DNA from: a virus
Direction: 5' to 3' (one strand)
IMG/VR virus record: IMGVR_UViG_3300017761_003320
Span: 32,001 to 96,000 of that record
Length of the DNA: 64,000 nucleotides
Of the stretch, positions 44,637 to 53,480 are shown piece by piece. How positions within the stretch are numbered: position 1 is the stretch's first letter; every line of letters starts with the position of its first letter. The notes beneath the pieces were generated by a model. That model was not told the DNA's origin. It saw only the letters and a program-made list of their open reading frames with translations, and ran no database searches. The position numbers were made by a program, and so were the translations under genes.

Positions 44637-45544
44637 TGGCCACTTTCCGACCCATGCTAGCCTGTCAATATGACAAGGCTACGGTGCGCTGGCCAATGTT
44701 GGCCAGCCCCAAGCTTGACGGTATTCGCTGTCTGGCTTTTGACGGTGTGGCTTGGGCTAGGTCTATGAAGCCCATCCGTAACCGCTTTATTCAAGCATGG
44801 TTTAAGGATAACGCCGAGGCCCTCGAAAAGTTTGACGGCGAGTTAATTGTCGGGTCTCCAAACGCCAAAGATGCGTTTAATGTAACCTCCTCTGCTGTCA
44901 ACAGCGAGGACGGCCGGCCTGCCTTCACCTTCTGGGTATTCGACCGTGTAGGTACAGCCGACTATACCAAACGGTTTGACATTCTCCGTAATGAGGATAT
45001 CAAGATTCCTTGGTGGCAGGATCGCCTGCGGATCGTACCTAATTTCCTTGTATTCAATGAGGCTGAACTCGCAACCTATGAAGCCAAAGCCTTAGATGAA
45101 GGTTATGAGGGTGTTATGTTGCGCCATCCGCAGTCTCCTTACAAGCAAGGTCGATCCACACCTAAGGAAGCTTACCTTCTCAAGGTCAAGCGGTTTTCTG
45201 ATGGCGAGGCTGTGATTGTCGACCTACTGGAGGAAATGCGGAACGATAATCCGCTTACCACCAACGAGTTGGGTCTAGGCAAGCGGTCAAGCCATCAGGC
45301 TAACCTAGTGGCTAAGGGTACCATGGGTACCCTATGCGTTCGTGGTATCAATGGCGAGTTTGATGGTATCGAGTTCGGCATCGGGTCTGGCTTTGATCAG
45401 GCTACACGACAGATGCTATGGGACGGCCGACAAGATATGTTGGGTAAGATTGTCACCTATAAATACTTTGCCATCGGCACCAAGGACAAACCTCGGTTTC
45501 CGGTGTTCAAAGGATTCCGTGACGCATCTGACATGGGGGAATGA
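44636..45544 (+). CDS. lig: ATP-dependent DNA ligase (minimal type)
   Basis: KLDGIR, FDGEL, FWVFD, EGVMLR, LLKVK, PRFPVF. Confidence 0.95.
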   Translation: MATFRPMLACQYDKATVRWPMLASPKLDGIRCLAFDGVAWARSMKPIRNRFIQAWFKDNAEALEKFDGELIVGSPNAKDAFNVTSSAVNSEDGRPAFTFWVFDRVGTADYTKRFDILRNEDIKIPWWQDRLRIVPNFLVFNEAELATYEAKALDEGYEGVMLRHPQSPYKQGRSTPKEAYLLKVKRFSDGEAVIVDLLEEMRNDNPLTTNELGLGKRSSHQANLVAKGTMGTLCVRGINGEFDGIEFGIGSGFDQATRQMLWDGRQDMLGKIVTYKYFAIGTKDKPRFPVFKGFRDASDMGE

Positions 45545-45545
45545 G

Positions 45546-46019
45546 GTGCTTGTAGAATATCGCCGATCACAACCTTGGCTTGTCGACCTTTTAAAGGGTG
45601 ACCCTGTTCGCCCGAATATTTCCATCGAGGATAGGTTCGCATTTAATAATGCGGTTTTCATCTATTGGGTGGATGAAAAACCTGCGGCCATATGTTGCGC
45701 CTCGCTGATGGACTATATTCCAATTGACGAAGGTGAACTGTTTGAGGAGGGCAATGAACACTATGACCATGCTTGCCTATACACGATCTGGTCATTGCAG
45801 CGCGGCGGAGCACGCAAGCTGGTTCAGGCATTGCTGCCACACCTCAGGATGAAATATGCTGTGGCGCGGATTATTACCTTATCCCCAAACACTGAAATGG
45901 CGAAAAAGTTTCACCTCAGCAACGGTGCTGTAATATACCGTAATAATTACGAGGAAGAAACGGTTAACTATGAGTACGAATTCTGTGACATAAATGTCAC
46001 AATGAGCCGGTGTGACTAA
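45546..46019 (+). CDS. conserved T4-like hypothetical protein, GNAT-like
   Basis: DPVRPNI, YTIWSLQRGGAR, TLSP.TEMAKKFHLSNGA; GTG start inferred. Confidence 0.65.
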   Translation: MLVEYRRSQPWLVDLLKGDPVRPNISIEDRFAFNNAVFIYWVDEKPAAICCASLMDYIPIDEGELFEEGNEHYDHACLYTIWSLQRGGARKLVQALLPHLRMKYAVARIITLSPNTEMAKKFHLSNGAVIYRNNYEEETVNYEYEFCDINVTMSRCD

Positions 46020-46094
46020 TATATCACACCGGTCAGATAATTAACCAAAATTAACCAAATACCCCTGTACAACCTACCCTAACCCTGGTATAAT
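45984..46094 (+). promoter_or_regulatory. tandem operator palindromes plus early promoter cassette
   Basis: TGTGA-N8-TCACA at 45984-46001 and 46011-46028, TTAACCAAAATTAACC, TGTACA-17bp-TATAAT. Confidence 0.9.
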
Positions 46095-46227
46095 GTGCCT
46101 ATGAGATGGACAGAGACCCCTTTTGTTCTGGCGCTGGCAGCGGCCTTCGTGGTTGGCTGGTATGCCATCGACATCTTTGGTGCGGGCCTGCTCTTTCTCG
46201 CAGTTTTAACCATGATCGGGGATTGAC

Positions 46228-46917
46228 ATGAAACTGTTGAACATCGACGCAAATGCCAAGACGGTTAAGGGTCAGGGGCGTGGCTATATGACGGCCATCC
46301 TTTATCTGGCCCCAGCCGACGAGTCTGGCTATGAGGTCTGCCCGATGGCCAGCGCTGGCTGCCGCAAGGCTTGCCTTAACAAGGCTGGCATGGGTGCTTT
46401 CAGCACGGTGCAGGCTGCACGCATCGCCAAGACTCGCCTCTACTTCGAGGATCGCGCAGCCTTCATGGCACAGCTGGTATCCGAGGTGCGAGCCTTCATC
46501 CGCAAGGCAATTAAGCTTGGCCTTATCCCAGTGGTGCGCCTGAACGGCACCTCCGATATCCCGTGGGAGCGGGTGCCGGTCGAAGGTAAGGCTAACATCA
46601 TGGAGCTGTTCCCGTCGGTGCAGTTCTACGACTACACCAAGCGGCACAACCGTCGCAACTTGCCAGCCAATTATCACCTGACCTTCAGCCTGGCCGAGGA
46701 CAATGACTCGCGCGCGGGCGCGGCCGCGACCAACGGTGCCAATATCGCCGTGGTATTCCGCACGGACAAGTTTCCCACGACCTTCATGGGTATGCCCGTG
46801 GTCGATGGTGACGCCGACGACCTGCGGTTCCTCGACGGCCGCGGCGTGGTTGTTGGCCTCAAGGCTAAGGGTCCTGCCAAGAAGGATACCAGCGGGTTCG
46901 TGAGGGATGCAGCATGA
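46228..46917 (+). CDS. GP88-like protein (atypical Fe-S/radical SAM-like)
   Basis: CPMASAGCRKAC, VRLNGTSD, FYDYTK, DGD..DLRFLD, VGLKAKG. Confidence 0.7.
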   Translation: MKLLNIDANAKTVKGQGRGYMTAILYLAPADESGYEVCPMASAGCRKACLNKAGMGAFSTVQAARIAKTRLYFEDRAAFMAQLVSEVRAFIRKAIKLGLIPVVRLNGTSDIPWERVPVEGKANIMELFPSVQFYDYTKRHNRRNLPANYHLTFSLAEDNDSRAGAAATNGANIAVVFRTDKFPTTFMGMPVVDGDADDLRFLDGRGVVVGLKAKGPAKKDTSGFVRDAA

Positions 46918-47111
46918 CAGACCTATCCAAAGAGGGTGCCTGCTTTACCTTTGAGGCCTATGTGCCTTATTATGTTACAGCGGATCGTGTCACCATGATG
47001 CACAATGTTCGCCATCAGGTACAACAGACTAAGGGCGAAGCATTGACCCGCGAGGCGCTACTTGAAGCTTTTGAGCATTTCCTGCGTGGTGCAGGATTTG
47101 GTGACAAGTGA
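46914..47111 (+). CDS. hypothetical protein
   Basis: FEHFLRGAGF motif. Confidence 0.6.
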   Translation: MTDLSKEGACFTFEAYVPYYVTADRVTMMHNVRHQVQQTKGEALTREALLEAFEHFLRGAGFGDK

Positions 47112-47266
47112 AAGGAGATGGATATGCTAATCTTCAGCGGTATAGTATTGGCGCTTAATTTTCTGGCGCTATTGGTAAATATCATGGCAGGCAATATTTT
47201 GAACTCTTTTCTATGCCTGCTTGTCTTGGGTGTTGTTGGGTATTACATCTGGAGGGATGTTGTGAA

Positions 47267-47563
47267 ATGAGCGAAAAGAAAATCTATTTGGTCGAGTGTA
47301 TCAGTTCCCATCGCATGGTATATGCCATCGAGGCTGAAAGTAAGCAAGCTGCCATTGATACGGTCGAGTTCCATGATCAATTGGACGAGATGGGTCAGCA
47401 ATGGATCGGACAGACTGTATTGAGCGCGCATCCCGTGGATCAGGCTGAATACCTAAACCAATTCGATGAAATTAATGATTACCTGAGTGGTATTCCTCTG
47501 GAACGCAAGATGTCATTTATTCAAGCTGTTCAGAGTAAGCCTGAGCCCGAACAAAGTGAATGA
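47267..47563 (+). CDS. hypothetical protein
   Basis: YLVECISSHRMVYAIEA motif. Confidence 0.65.
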   Translation: MSEKKIYLVECISSHRMVYAIEAESKQAAIDTVEFHDQLDEMGQQWIGQTVLSAHPVDQAEYLNQFDEINDYLSGIPLERKMSFIQAVQSKPEPEQSE

Positions 47564-47674
47564 GTGGTATGATCTAGTCATAGGATGGGCCGTATCAGGC
47601 TTATTCCTAGGCTATATCATAGGTAGCGCATTGACCACTATAGCAATCATCATAGCCATTATCGGAAGCGGAAA

Positions 47675-48163
47675 ATGAAAGTCAAGATTGGTAAGTATCC
47701 GGAGAAATCGGATGCACAACGTAAGGTGAAGATTCGGATATCTGATCATGATGTATGGTCAGCCGATTCAACCCTTGCCTTGATAATTATTCCGGTGCTG
47801 AAGAAACTAAAAGAGACTAAGAAAGGTCATCCGTTTGTTGATCAAGAGGATTACCCAACCGATATTCTTGGTGGGGATCCACATGATCCAGAAAATCCAG
47901 ATCATCGCCCATGGGAATGGGTTCTTGACGAGATGATCTGGGCCTTTGAACAACATACTATTGATTGGGAACAACAATATTTTTCAGGTGAGCCTGATTA
48001 TATTTGGGAACAGATTGACGGCGACGGATCTTCATATAAAAAACTTGTCATGGGCCCGAATGATACATTTAAGGTTGATCGTGAGGGACTAGATAGGCAT
48101 AGATCCAGGATGGCGAATGGTCGCCGACTGTTTGCAAAGTATTATGATTGCCTATGGACATAG
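47675..48163 (+). CDS. conserved T4-like hypothetical protein
   Basis: DVWSADSTLA, WEWVLDEMIWAF, LFAKYYDCLW. Confidence 0.75.
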   Translation: MKVKIGKYPEKSDAQRKVKIRISDHDVWSADSTLALIIIPVLKKLKETKKGHPFVDQEDYPTDILGGDPHDPENPDHRPWEWVLDEMIWAFEQHTIDWEQQYFSGEPDYIWEQIDGDGSSYKKLVMGPNDTFKVDREGLDRHRSRMANGRRLFAKYYDCLWT

Positions 48164-48280
48164 AAGTAACACCTGAGTGGATTAGATCACTCATACCATC
48201 CACGACATTCACCAGAGATAAGGAAAACTACCGCATCATAGCTGATGCGGTAGAAAAATTATTAGATAGAATCAAAACTA

Positions 48281-49252
48281 CTAATTCTTAATTTTAGGCA
48301 TATTCATATCACTTGCACACGCGCATCGTTTTGTTATGCATGGCTTTGGTTCTAAATCAATAATATAATTATCATCAGTTATATTTCCTATTTTTGCATC
48401 TATACATCCAAATCCTCGAGTTATATCACCATTAGGTTTTATTCTAATTCCCATAGAACCTGCATGACATAACCAACCATTATAATCAGTATTATCTTGA
48501 GTTATAGCTTGTTCGACATCATCATAAAATGTTTTAATTCCATTTTCAGCATGTATGAATGAATCAGCTTTATGGCCAATATTCCATTCCACTATAGATT
48601 CTAACATGTCTTGAGTATAATTTGGATGATTTTTTGTTATTCCTTTTATGATATTTCTTTCTGTTCTCAATATGACTTTGATACCATGCTTTCTAAAAAA
48701 TAATGCATCTGAATATACATCATCGAATTGTGAAGGTGGTATGACTATTGTAATGATAAAATTTTTAAACATACTGGATATCTGTAGAAACTTATTCCTC
48801 TGAATTTCTATATCACCGACACTTTCTCTATGCCAGCTTGCATGTATTGTCAATACTGATAGATTTTTTGTTTTATCTTTCAAGGTGCTCCACCATTTTT
48901 CACCTTGAGTAAGATTTGTAGTTATATTCATTTTTTGCAATTTTTGTGCATTATCCAATGCATAGGATTCTACAAGTTCTAAGAAACCAGGAAAAATGGT
49001 TGGTTCACCACCAGCAAATGATAGATGAAAATTAAAAATACCTAATTTATTTATTTTGGTTTTAAGGATCGTTAATCCCAGAATCATTTTGTCAATAGGT
49101 AAGTGTTTTCTAATTTTAGTATTACAACCAGGCCAACAATATGAACAACTGTAATTGCAAAAAAGGTCTGGTATCCATTGTATTTTAAAAATTTTGTTAT
49201 TTAATAGATGTGTGCTACCTGCATAATTTTTAATTGAATCATCAAAAATCAT
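48281..49252 (-). CDS. radical SAM protein with twitch domain
   Basis: CNYSCSYC, GGEPT, WLCHAG...C...C..C.C. Confidence 0.9.
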   Translation of the reverse strand: MIFDDSIKNYAGSTHLLNNKIFKIQWIPDLFCNYSCSYCWPGCNTKIRKHLPIDKMILGLTILKTKINKLGIFNFHLSFAGGEPTIFPGFLELVESYALDNAQKLQKMNITTNLTQGEKWWSTLKDKTKNLSVLTIHASWHRESVGDIEIQRNKFLQISSMFKNFIITIVIPPSQFDDVYSDALFFRKHGIKVILRTERNIIKGITKNHPNYTQDMLESIVEWNIGHKADSFIHAENGIKTFYDDVEQAITQDNTDYNGWLCHAGSMGIRIKPNGDITRGFGCIDAKIGNITDDNYIIDLEPKPCITKRCACASDMNMPKIKN

Positions 49253-49596
49253 TTCTTAGTCGTTTCTTTGATCTCTCTTAATACATCAAGTATATCTTTA
49301 TCTTCTCGATCAAATCGTTTTAACATTCTTGCTACCATTGATAATATTGACCATGAAAAAAACCCGATAATTGCACCAGATACTAACGCCAGATCCATAT
49401 CAACTCGAAGCTCCAACATTTCTAATACTGGCATCGCGAATATAACTGCTGATCCTGTCGAAATACCAGACCGAATACATGCATCTAGCATGTTTAGTGG
49501 TTTCCAGAAGGCAAACATTGCAAGCCCTCCAAGCATACCGCCAACACCAGAGACGATCTTATGCAATAAAAAAGCCGTCGCTCCGGTGGTTGACAT
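49249..49596 (-). CDS. small three-TM membrane protein (holin-like)
   Basis: Three hydrophobic segments, charged C-terminus, late promoter upstream. Confidence 0.5.
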   Translation of the reverse strand: MSTTGATAFLLHKIVSGVGGMLGGLAMFAFWKPLNMLDACIRSGISTGSAVIFAMPVLEMLELRVDMDLALVSGAIIGFFSWSILSMVARMLKRFDREDKDILDVLREIKETTKK

Positions 49597-49631
49597 TTAT
49601 GCGATAACCCTTTATAATGGATTCGATATAT

Positions 49632-49639
49632 TATTTATA
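49632..49639 (-). promoter_or_regulatory. T4-type late promoter
   Basis: TATAAATA on the minus strand. Confidence 0.75.
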
Positions 49640-49649
49640 GGAGACGGTT

Positions 49650-50240
49650 ATGGTAAAATTGATTGGTGTATGCGGCCTTATTGGTTCTGGTAAAGATACT
49701 ATTGCAGGCACTCTAGTGGGTATCGGCTGGCAGCAATATAGCATGGCCCGCCCACTTAAGGATATGACAGCTCAGCTATTTGGTTGGCCTCGTGATATGG
49801 TCGAAGGCTCGACCGAAGAGTCGCGAAAATGGCGAGAGCAACGTGATGACTGGTGGTCAGAACGTCTTGGTCGTGAAGTGACCCCGCGCTGGGCATTGCA
49901 GCATATTGGCACAGAGGTCATGCGCCGTAATCTACATGATGAGATTTGGGTCGCGCGCATGGAAAGATTTTATCATGAAAGCGGTGGCCATGTTGTGATT
50001 AGCGATGTTCGATTTCCAAATGAGATCGAAGCTATCCGTCGCCTTGGTGGTGAGATTTGGCATGTGCGCCGTCCACCTTTACCAACTTGGTATCGTGATG
50101 CAGCTCTTGGCCTTGAGGTGCCAGGCGTTCATATTACTGAGCGAGCCTGGATTGCAATTTCGCCAGATCGTGTTATTATCAATGATAAGGACATAGATAG
50201 CCTTCGGAAAGAAGTACTTAAAGCTGTTGGCACAGTTTGA
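49650..50240 (+). CDS. deoxynucleoside monophosphate kinase (T4 gp1-like)
   Basis: GLIGSGKDT, TPRWALQHIGTE, ISDVRFPNE. Confidence 0.92.
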   Translation: MVKLIGVCGLIGSGKDTIAGTLVGIGWQQYSMARPLKDMTAQLFGWPRDMVEGSTEESRKWREQRDDWWSERLGREVTPRWALQHIGTEVMRRNLHDEIWVARMERFYHESGGHVVISDVRFPNEIEAIRRLGGEIWHVRRPPLPTWYRDAALGLEVPGVHITERAWIAISPDRVIINDKDIDSLRKEVLKAVGTV

Positions 50241-50259
50241 TTTGTGATATAATATTGTT

Positions 50260-50865
50260 ATGAACAGATTCATTTTATCCGAAGATCCTGGTATCGCGGC
50301 TCTAATGCATTGCGATAAGCATGTTGTCAAGATGATCCTCGAAGAGGCTCAGATGCTATGCACGGCCCATCGTGTGCTTGATGGTACCATGGTCATTGGG
50401 GAAAAATACGTGGAAGGTTCTTTGCCTGCACGTTTTCGTAAAGTCAAGCACTGGGTGCATCCTAATCCAGACCTCGATCGTATTCTCTATAAGGCTACAC
50501 ATATCAATCATCCATGTGCTATCTGGTCACGTGTATGTCGTGATAATTACCTATGGGGTTACGAACTTCTGGAAAGCTTATGTGAAGAATATACACATCG
50601 CTATGGTAAGAAGCACGCGACTGAAGGTAAGCTATTGAAGGCTCTATCAAATGCGCCACACAATATTCAATATGGTCTGAATATGACAGAGTTTCCACAA
50701 GCGATGCCTGATGATTGCAAGCGACCAAATGCTGTCGAAGGCTATCGTCAATATTACATTGAACACAAAGCACGTTTTGCTAAGTGGACTAATCGTACTA
50801 TGCCGCATTGGTGGCCTAACCAGATAAATATCCCTAACAAAGAGGACCTAGATGCCAACTTATAA
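50260..50865 (+). CDS. pyrimidine-dimer DNA glycosylase-like (DenV family) protein
   Basis: HCDKHVVKMILEEAQML, YKATHINHPC, EYTHRYGKKH. Confidence 0.75.
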   Translation: MNRFILSEDPGIAALMHCDKHVVKMILEEAQMLCTAHRVLDGTMVIGEKYVEGSLPARFRKVKHWVHPNPDLDRILYKATHINHPCAIWSRVCRDNYLWGYELLESLCEEYTHRYGKKHATEGKLLKALSNAPHNIQYGLNMTEFPQAMPDDCKRPNAVEGYRQYYIEHKARFAKWTNRTMPHWWPNQINIPNKEDLDANL

Positions 50866-51085
50866 CATCGAAGATACTACGACAGGCACGGTAGTCACAG
50901 AGATGATGACCATCGCTGAGATGGAACAGCATCTCAAAGACAATCCTCACAAGAGGTTAGTAATCGGTTTCCCTAAGATTGTATCTGGGGTCGATTCTAA
51001 GCATAATAAACCATCAGAAGGCTTCCGTGACCTTCTGAAAACCATCAAAAAGCACAATCGAGGGTCAACCATGAACACGTGGTGA
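50852..51085 (+). CDS. conserved T4-like hypothetical protein
   Basis: MPTY...NPH...GFRDLLKTIK. Confidence 0.7.
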   Translation: MPTYNIEDTTTGTVVTEMMTIAEMEQHLKDNPHKRLVIGFPKIVSGVDSKHNKPSEGFRDLLKTIKKHNRGSTMNTW

Positions 51086-51126
51086 CCCATTTTTTGCTAT
51101 GATAACCCTAACCGTGGGAGTAGCAC

Positions 51127-51912
51127 ATGGGTTTTGCACAAACTGCCGCTATCGAAAATGAATTTTTACCTGATTTCCTGACTCGAACACAAAAGAAACG
51201 CCTAAAACGGCAGGCCCGACAAGAAAAAACCGCAAGCAAACCCCAAAATTGTAATTTTTCCATGCAACTCCCACGAATTAATCCACTTACCGCAGGCCAG
51301 GCTCGAACTTTTTCAGCCTTTGATGATGATAAAAACCTAATTCTTCATGGTGTGGCCGGTACTGGTAAGACTTATATCTCACTTTATCTTGCACTCAGAT
51401 CGGTTTTGAGTGGAGAAGCACCAAAACCAGTAGTCATAATTCGTTCTGTAGTCCCTACACGCGATATAGGCTTCTTACCCGGCTCACAAAAAGAGAAATC
51501 GGCTGTTTATGAGGAGCCATATGTAGCTATATGCAATGAGATGTTTGGTCGTAGCACCGCTTATGACACACTAAAGCGCGATGGTACGGTACAATTCGCT
51601 ACTACATCATTCTTGCGCGGCCTTACATTCCGAGATAATATAGTAATTGTCGATGAATGTCAGAATATGACCTTTCATGAGCTGGATTCGGTCATTACAC
51701 GCATGGGAACCGGTTGTAGGGTAATCTTTTGTGGTGATTTTCGTCAGAGTGACCTCTGGCGAAACGACGAGCGGGAAGGATTGCACCGCTTTATGTCGGT
51801 CATAAATCATATGCGTAGCTTCGCGCGCGTAGAATTTACTAAAGATGATATTGTTAGGTCTGCTTTGGTGAAAGAATATATTGAGGCGAAGTTGGAAGAA
51901 GGAATTGTGTGA
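51127..51912 (+). CDS. phoH: PhoH-like ATPase
   Basis: GVAGTGKT, IGFLPG, FLRGLTF, VDECQN, GDFRQSD, DIVRS. Confidence 0.95.
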   Translation: MGFAQTAAIENEFLPDFLTRTQKKRLKRQARQEKTASKPQNCNFSMQLPRINPLTAGQARTFSAFDDDKNLILHGVAGTGKTYISLYLALRSVLSGEAPKPVVIIRSVVPTRDIGFLPGSQKEKSAVYEEPYVAICNEMFGRSTAYDTLKRDGTVQFATTSFLRGLTFRDNIVIVDECQNMTFHELDSVITRMGTGCRVIFCGDFRQSDLWRNDEREGLHRFMSVINHMRSFARVEFTKDDIVRSALVKEYIEAKLEEGIV

Positions 51913-52571
51913 GATTTCATAATGAGCTGGTAAATTTACCAGAGCTAACTGCAACACAAACAGAGCATGGCCGCATGTATAATGTACCTGGCGGCCATGC
52001 CTATCCTTCTATCACTACCGTCTTGGGTGCTAGACCTGAAAAGAAAAAGATCATAGCTGAATGGCGCGCACGAGTCGGCGAACAAGAAGCAAATAAGGTA
52101 TCAGCACAAGCATCTCGTCGCGGAACTTCCATTCATAAGATGATGGAAGACTGGATTACTGGTGAACCTATCACTGGTGGTATGGTTGACCGTGAGATGT
52201 TTGCTACCATGCATCCATATGTGGATAAGCATCTACAGACTGTCTATGCTCTAGAGGCCCCTTTGTATTCTCATAAACTAGGTGTGGCTGGCAGATGTGA
52301 TTTGGTGGGTAAATGGGCTGGTGTCAATTGTATTATTGACTTCAAAACATCAAAACGGCTAAAAAGCGAAGAACATATAGACAATTACCTTCTTCAGGCC
52401 ACAGCTTATTCGATCATGTTTGAGGAATTGACTAGCACCATCATACCAGGTATTGTGATATTGATTGGTGTTGATGGTGAACCTAAACCTCAGATGTTTT
52501 GTAGGTTTCGTGCCAAATATGTCGACCAGCTATACGGTGTGATAGCCGACTATTATCAAAATAGCCGTTGA
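51909..52571 (+). CDS. PD-(D/E)XK exonuclease (Cas4/RecB-like)
   Basis: YPSITTVL, RGTSIH, AGRCD, IIDFKTS, QATAY. Confidence 0.88.
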   Translation: MRFHNELVNLPELTATQTEHGRMYNVPGGHAYPSITTVLGARPEKKKIIAEWRARVGEQEANKVSAQASRRGTSIHKMMEDWITGEPITGGMVDREMFATMHPYVDKHLQTVYALEAPLYSHKLGVAGRCDLVGKWAGVNCIIDFKTSKRLKSEEHIDNYLLQATAYSIMFEELTSTIIPGIVILIGVDGEPKPQMFCRFRAKYVDQLYGVIADYYQNSR

Positions 52572-52602
52572 CTTTATAAACATAACCCTGTATAAGTAGT
52601 AT

Positions 52603-52837
52603 TGTCATCGTTGATGGCGACAGAATAGATGTCACGGACCGCGGGGCGGCACCGCGCAGCTCCACCATTCATGGGGCTGAAATAGATATCGACGTGCATG
52701 GTAAAGGTTGACCGGAGATGACGGCTAGCGGCCTAACCGCTATTGATAAGTGCCAATGATAACGGCTTTGCCGTCGCACTCGCTGCCTAATAGGTAAGCG
52801 CGGTTTGGGGAGCACCGGGCAACATAAGCTCCCCACC
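52603..52837 (+). ncRNA. ssrA: circularly permuted two-piece tmRNA (alphaproteobacterial type)
   Basis: Acceptor piece ends CAGCTCCACCA (52667), 5-nt linker, coding piece starts GGGGCTGAAATAG (52673); tag ANDNGFAVALAA* at 52752-52790; outer ends approximate. Confidence 0.92.
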
Positions 52838-52888
52838 TGACTCTCATGATTACATGATGCCAGGATCAACAACAGAAGGATAATACCC

Positions 52889-53479
52889 TTGTCGGAAAGG
52901 ATATTAAGCGTCGCCTTGGGCGCGCTGATTGGTGCGGTATTGACCGCTTTTGCCATTGATATGGTTCATAGGGCGGATGCAGCTCCAGTCCAACCTGTCA
53001 TAGTGCAACAATATCACGGTGAACCAACCGTAAATGTATCGCTCTCAATTAATGATTTGGAGCTTGATATAACTTCACCAGATTTTGATATTGTAACATT
53101 GAGTCAAGCAGACATGCATTGTCTGGCCCACGCTATATACTATGAAGCGCGTGGTGAAAGATATGTTGGCATGTTAGCAGTGGCTAATGTTATTATGAAT
53201 AGGGTTTCAGACCCAGATTATCCGAAGTCCGTATGCGAAGTTACGCGCCAAAGGACTCGAACCACATGTCAATTTGAATATTATTGCAAAGTAGGCAATA
53301 GAATCCCACGTCATGATGACCCTCAGTGGCAGATGGCAAATGATCTAGCATTTCAAGTCATGTCAGGTAATGTTCCAGACCTCACCGATGGTGCGACTCG
53401 CTTTCATGCCATATCAGGATCGGCTGGCCATACCAGAAATGCAATCAGAATAGGATCTCACCTTTTCTATAGGAGATAA
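52889..53479 (+). CDS. SleB-like cell wall hydrolase (Hydrolase_2)
   Basis: CLAHAIYYEARGE, AVANVIMNRV, CQF, GATRFH, IGSHLFY. Confidence 0.92.
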   Translation: MSERILSVALGALIGAVLTAFAIDMVHRADAAPVQPVIVQQYHGEPTVNVSLSINDLELDITSPDFDIVTLSQADMHCLAHAIYYEARGERYVGMLAVANVIMNRVSDPDYPKSVCEVTRQRTRTTCQFEYYCKVGNRIPRHDDPQWQMANDLAFQVMSGNVPDLTDGATRFHAISGSAGHTRNAIRIGSHLFYRR

Positions 53480-53480
53480 A

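Noticed and set aside
51909-52571. Cas4-like nuclease as sign of a CRISPR-Cas system
   Set aside because: No repeat-spacer array or other cas genes seen; this exonuclease is a usual neighbour of phoH in T4-like phages
52669-52956. 95-aa minus-strand ORF
   Set aside because: Antisense to the tmRNA
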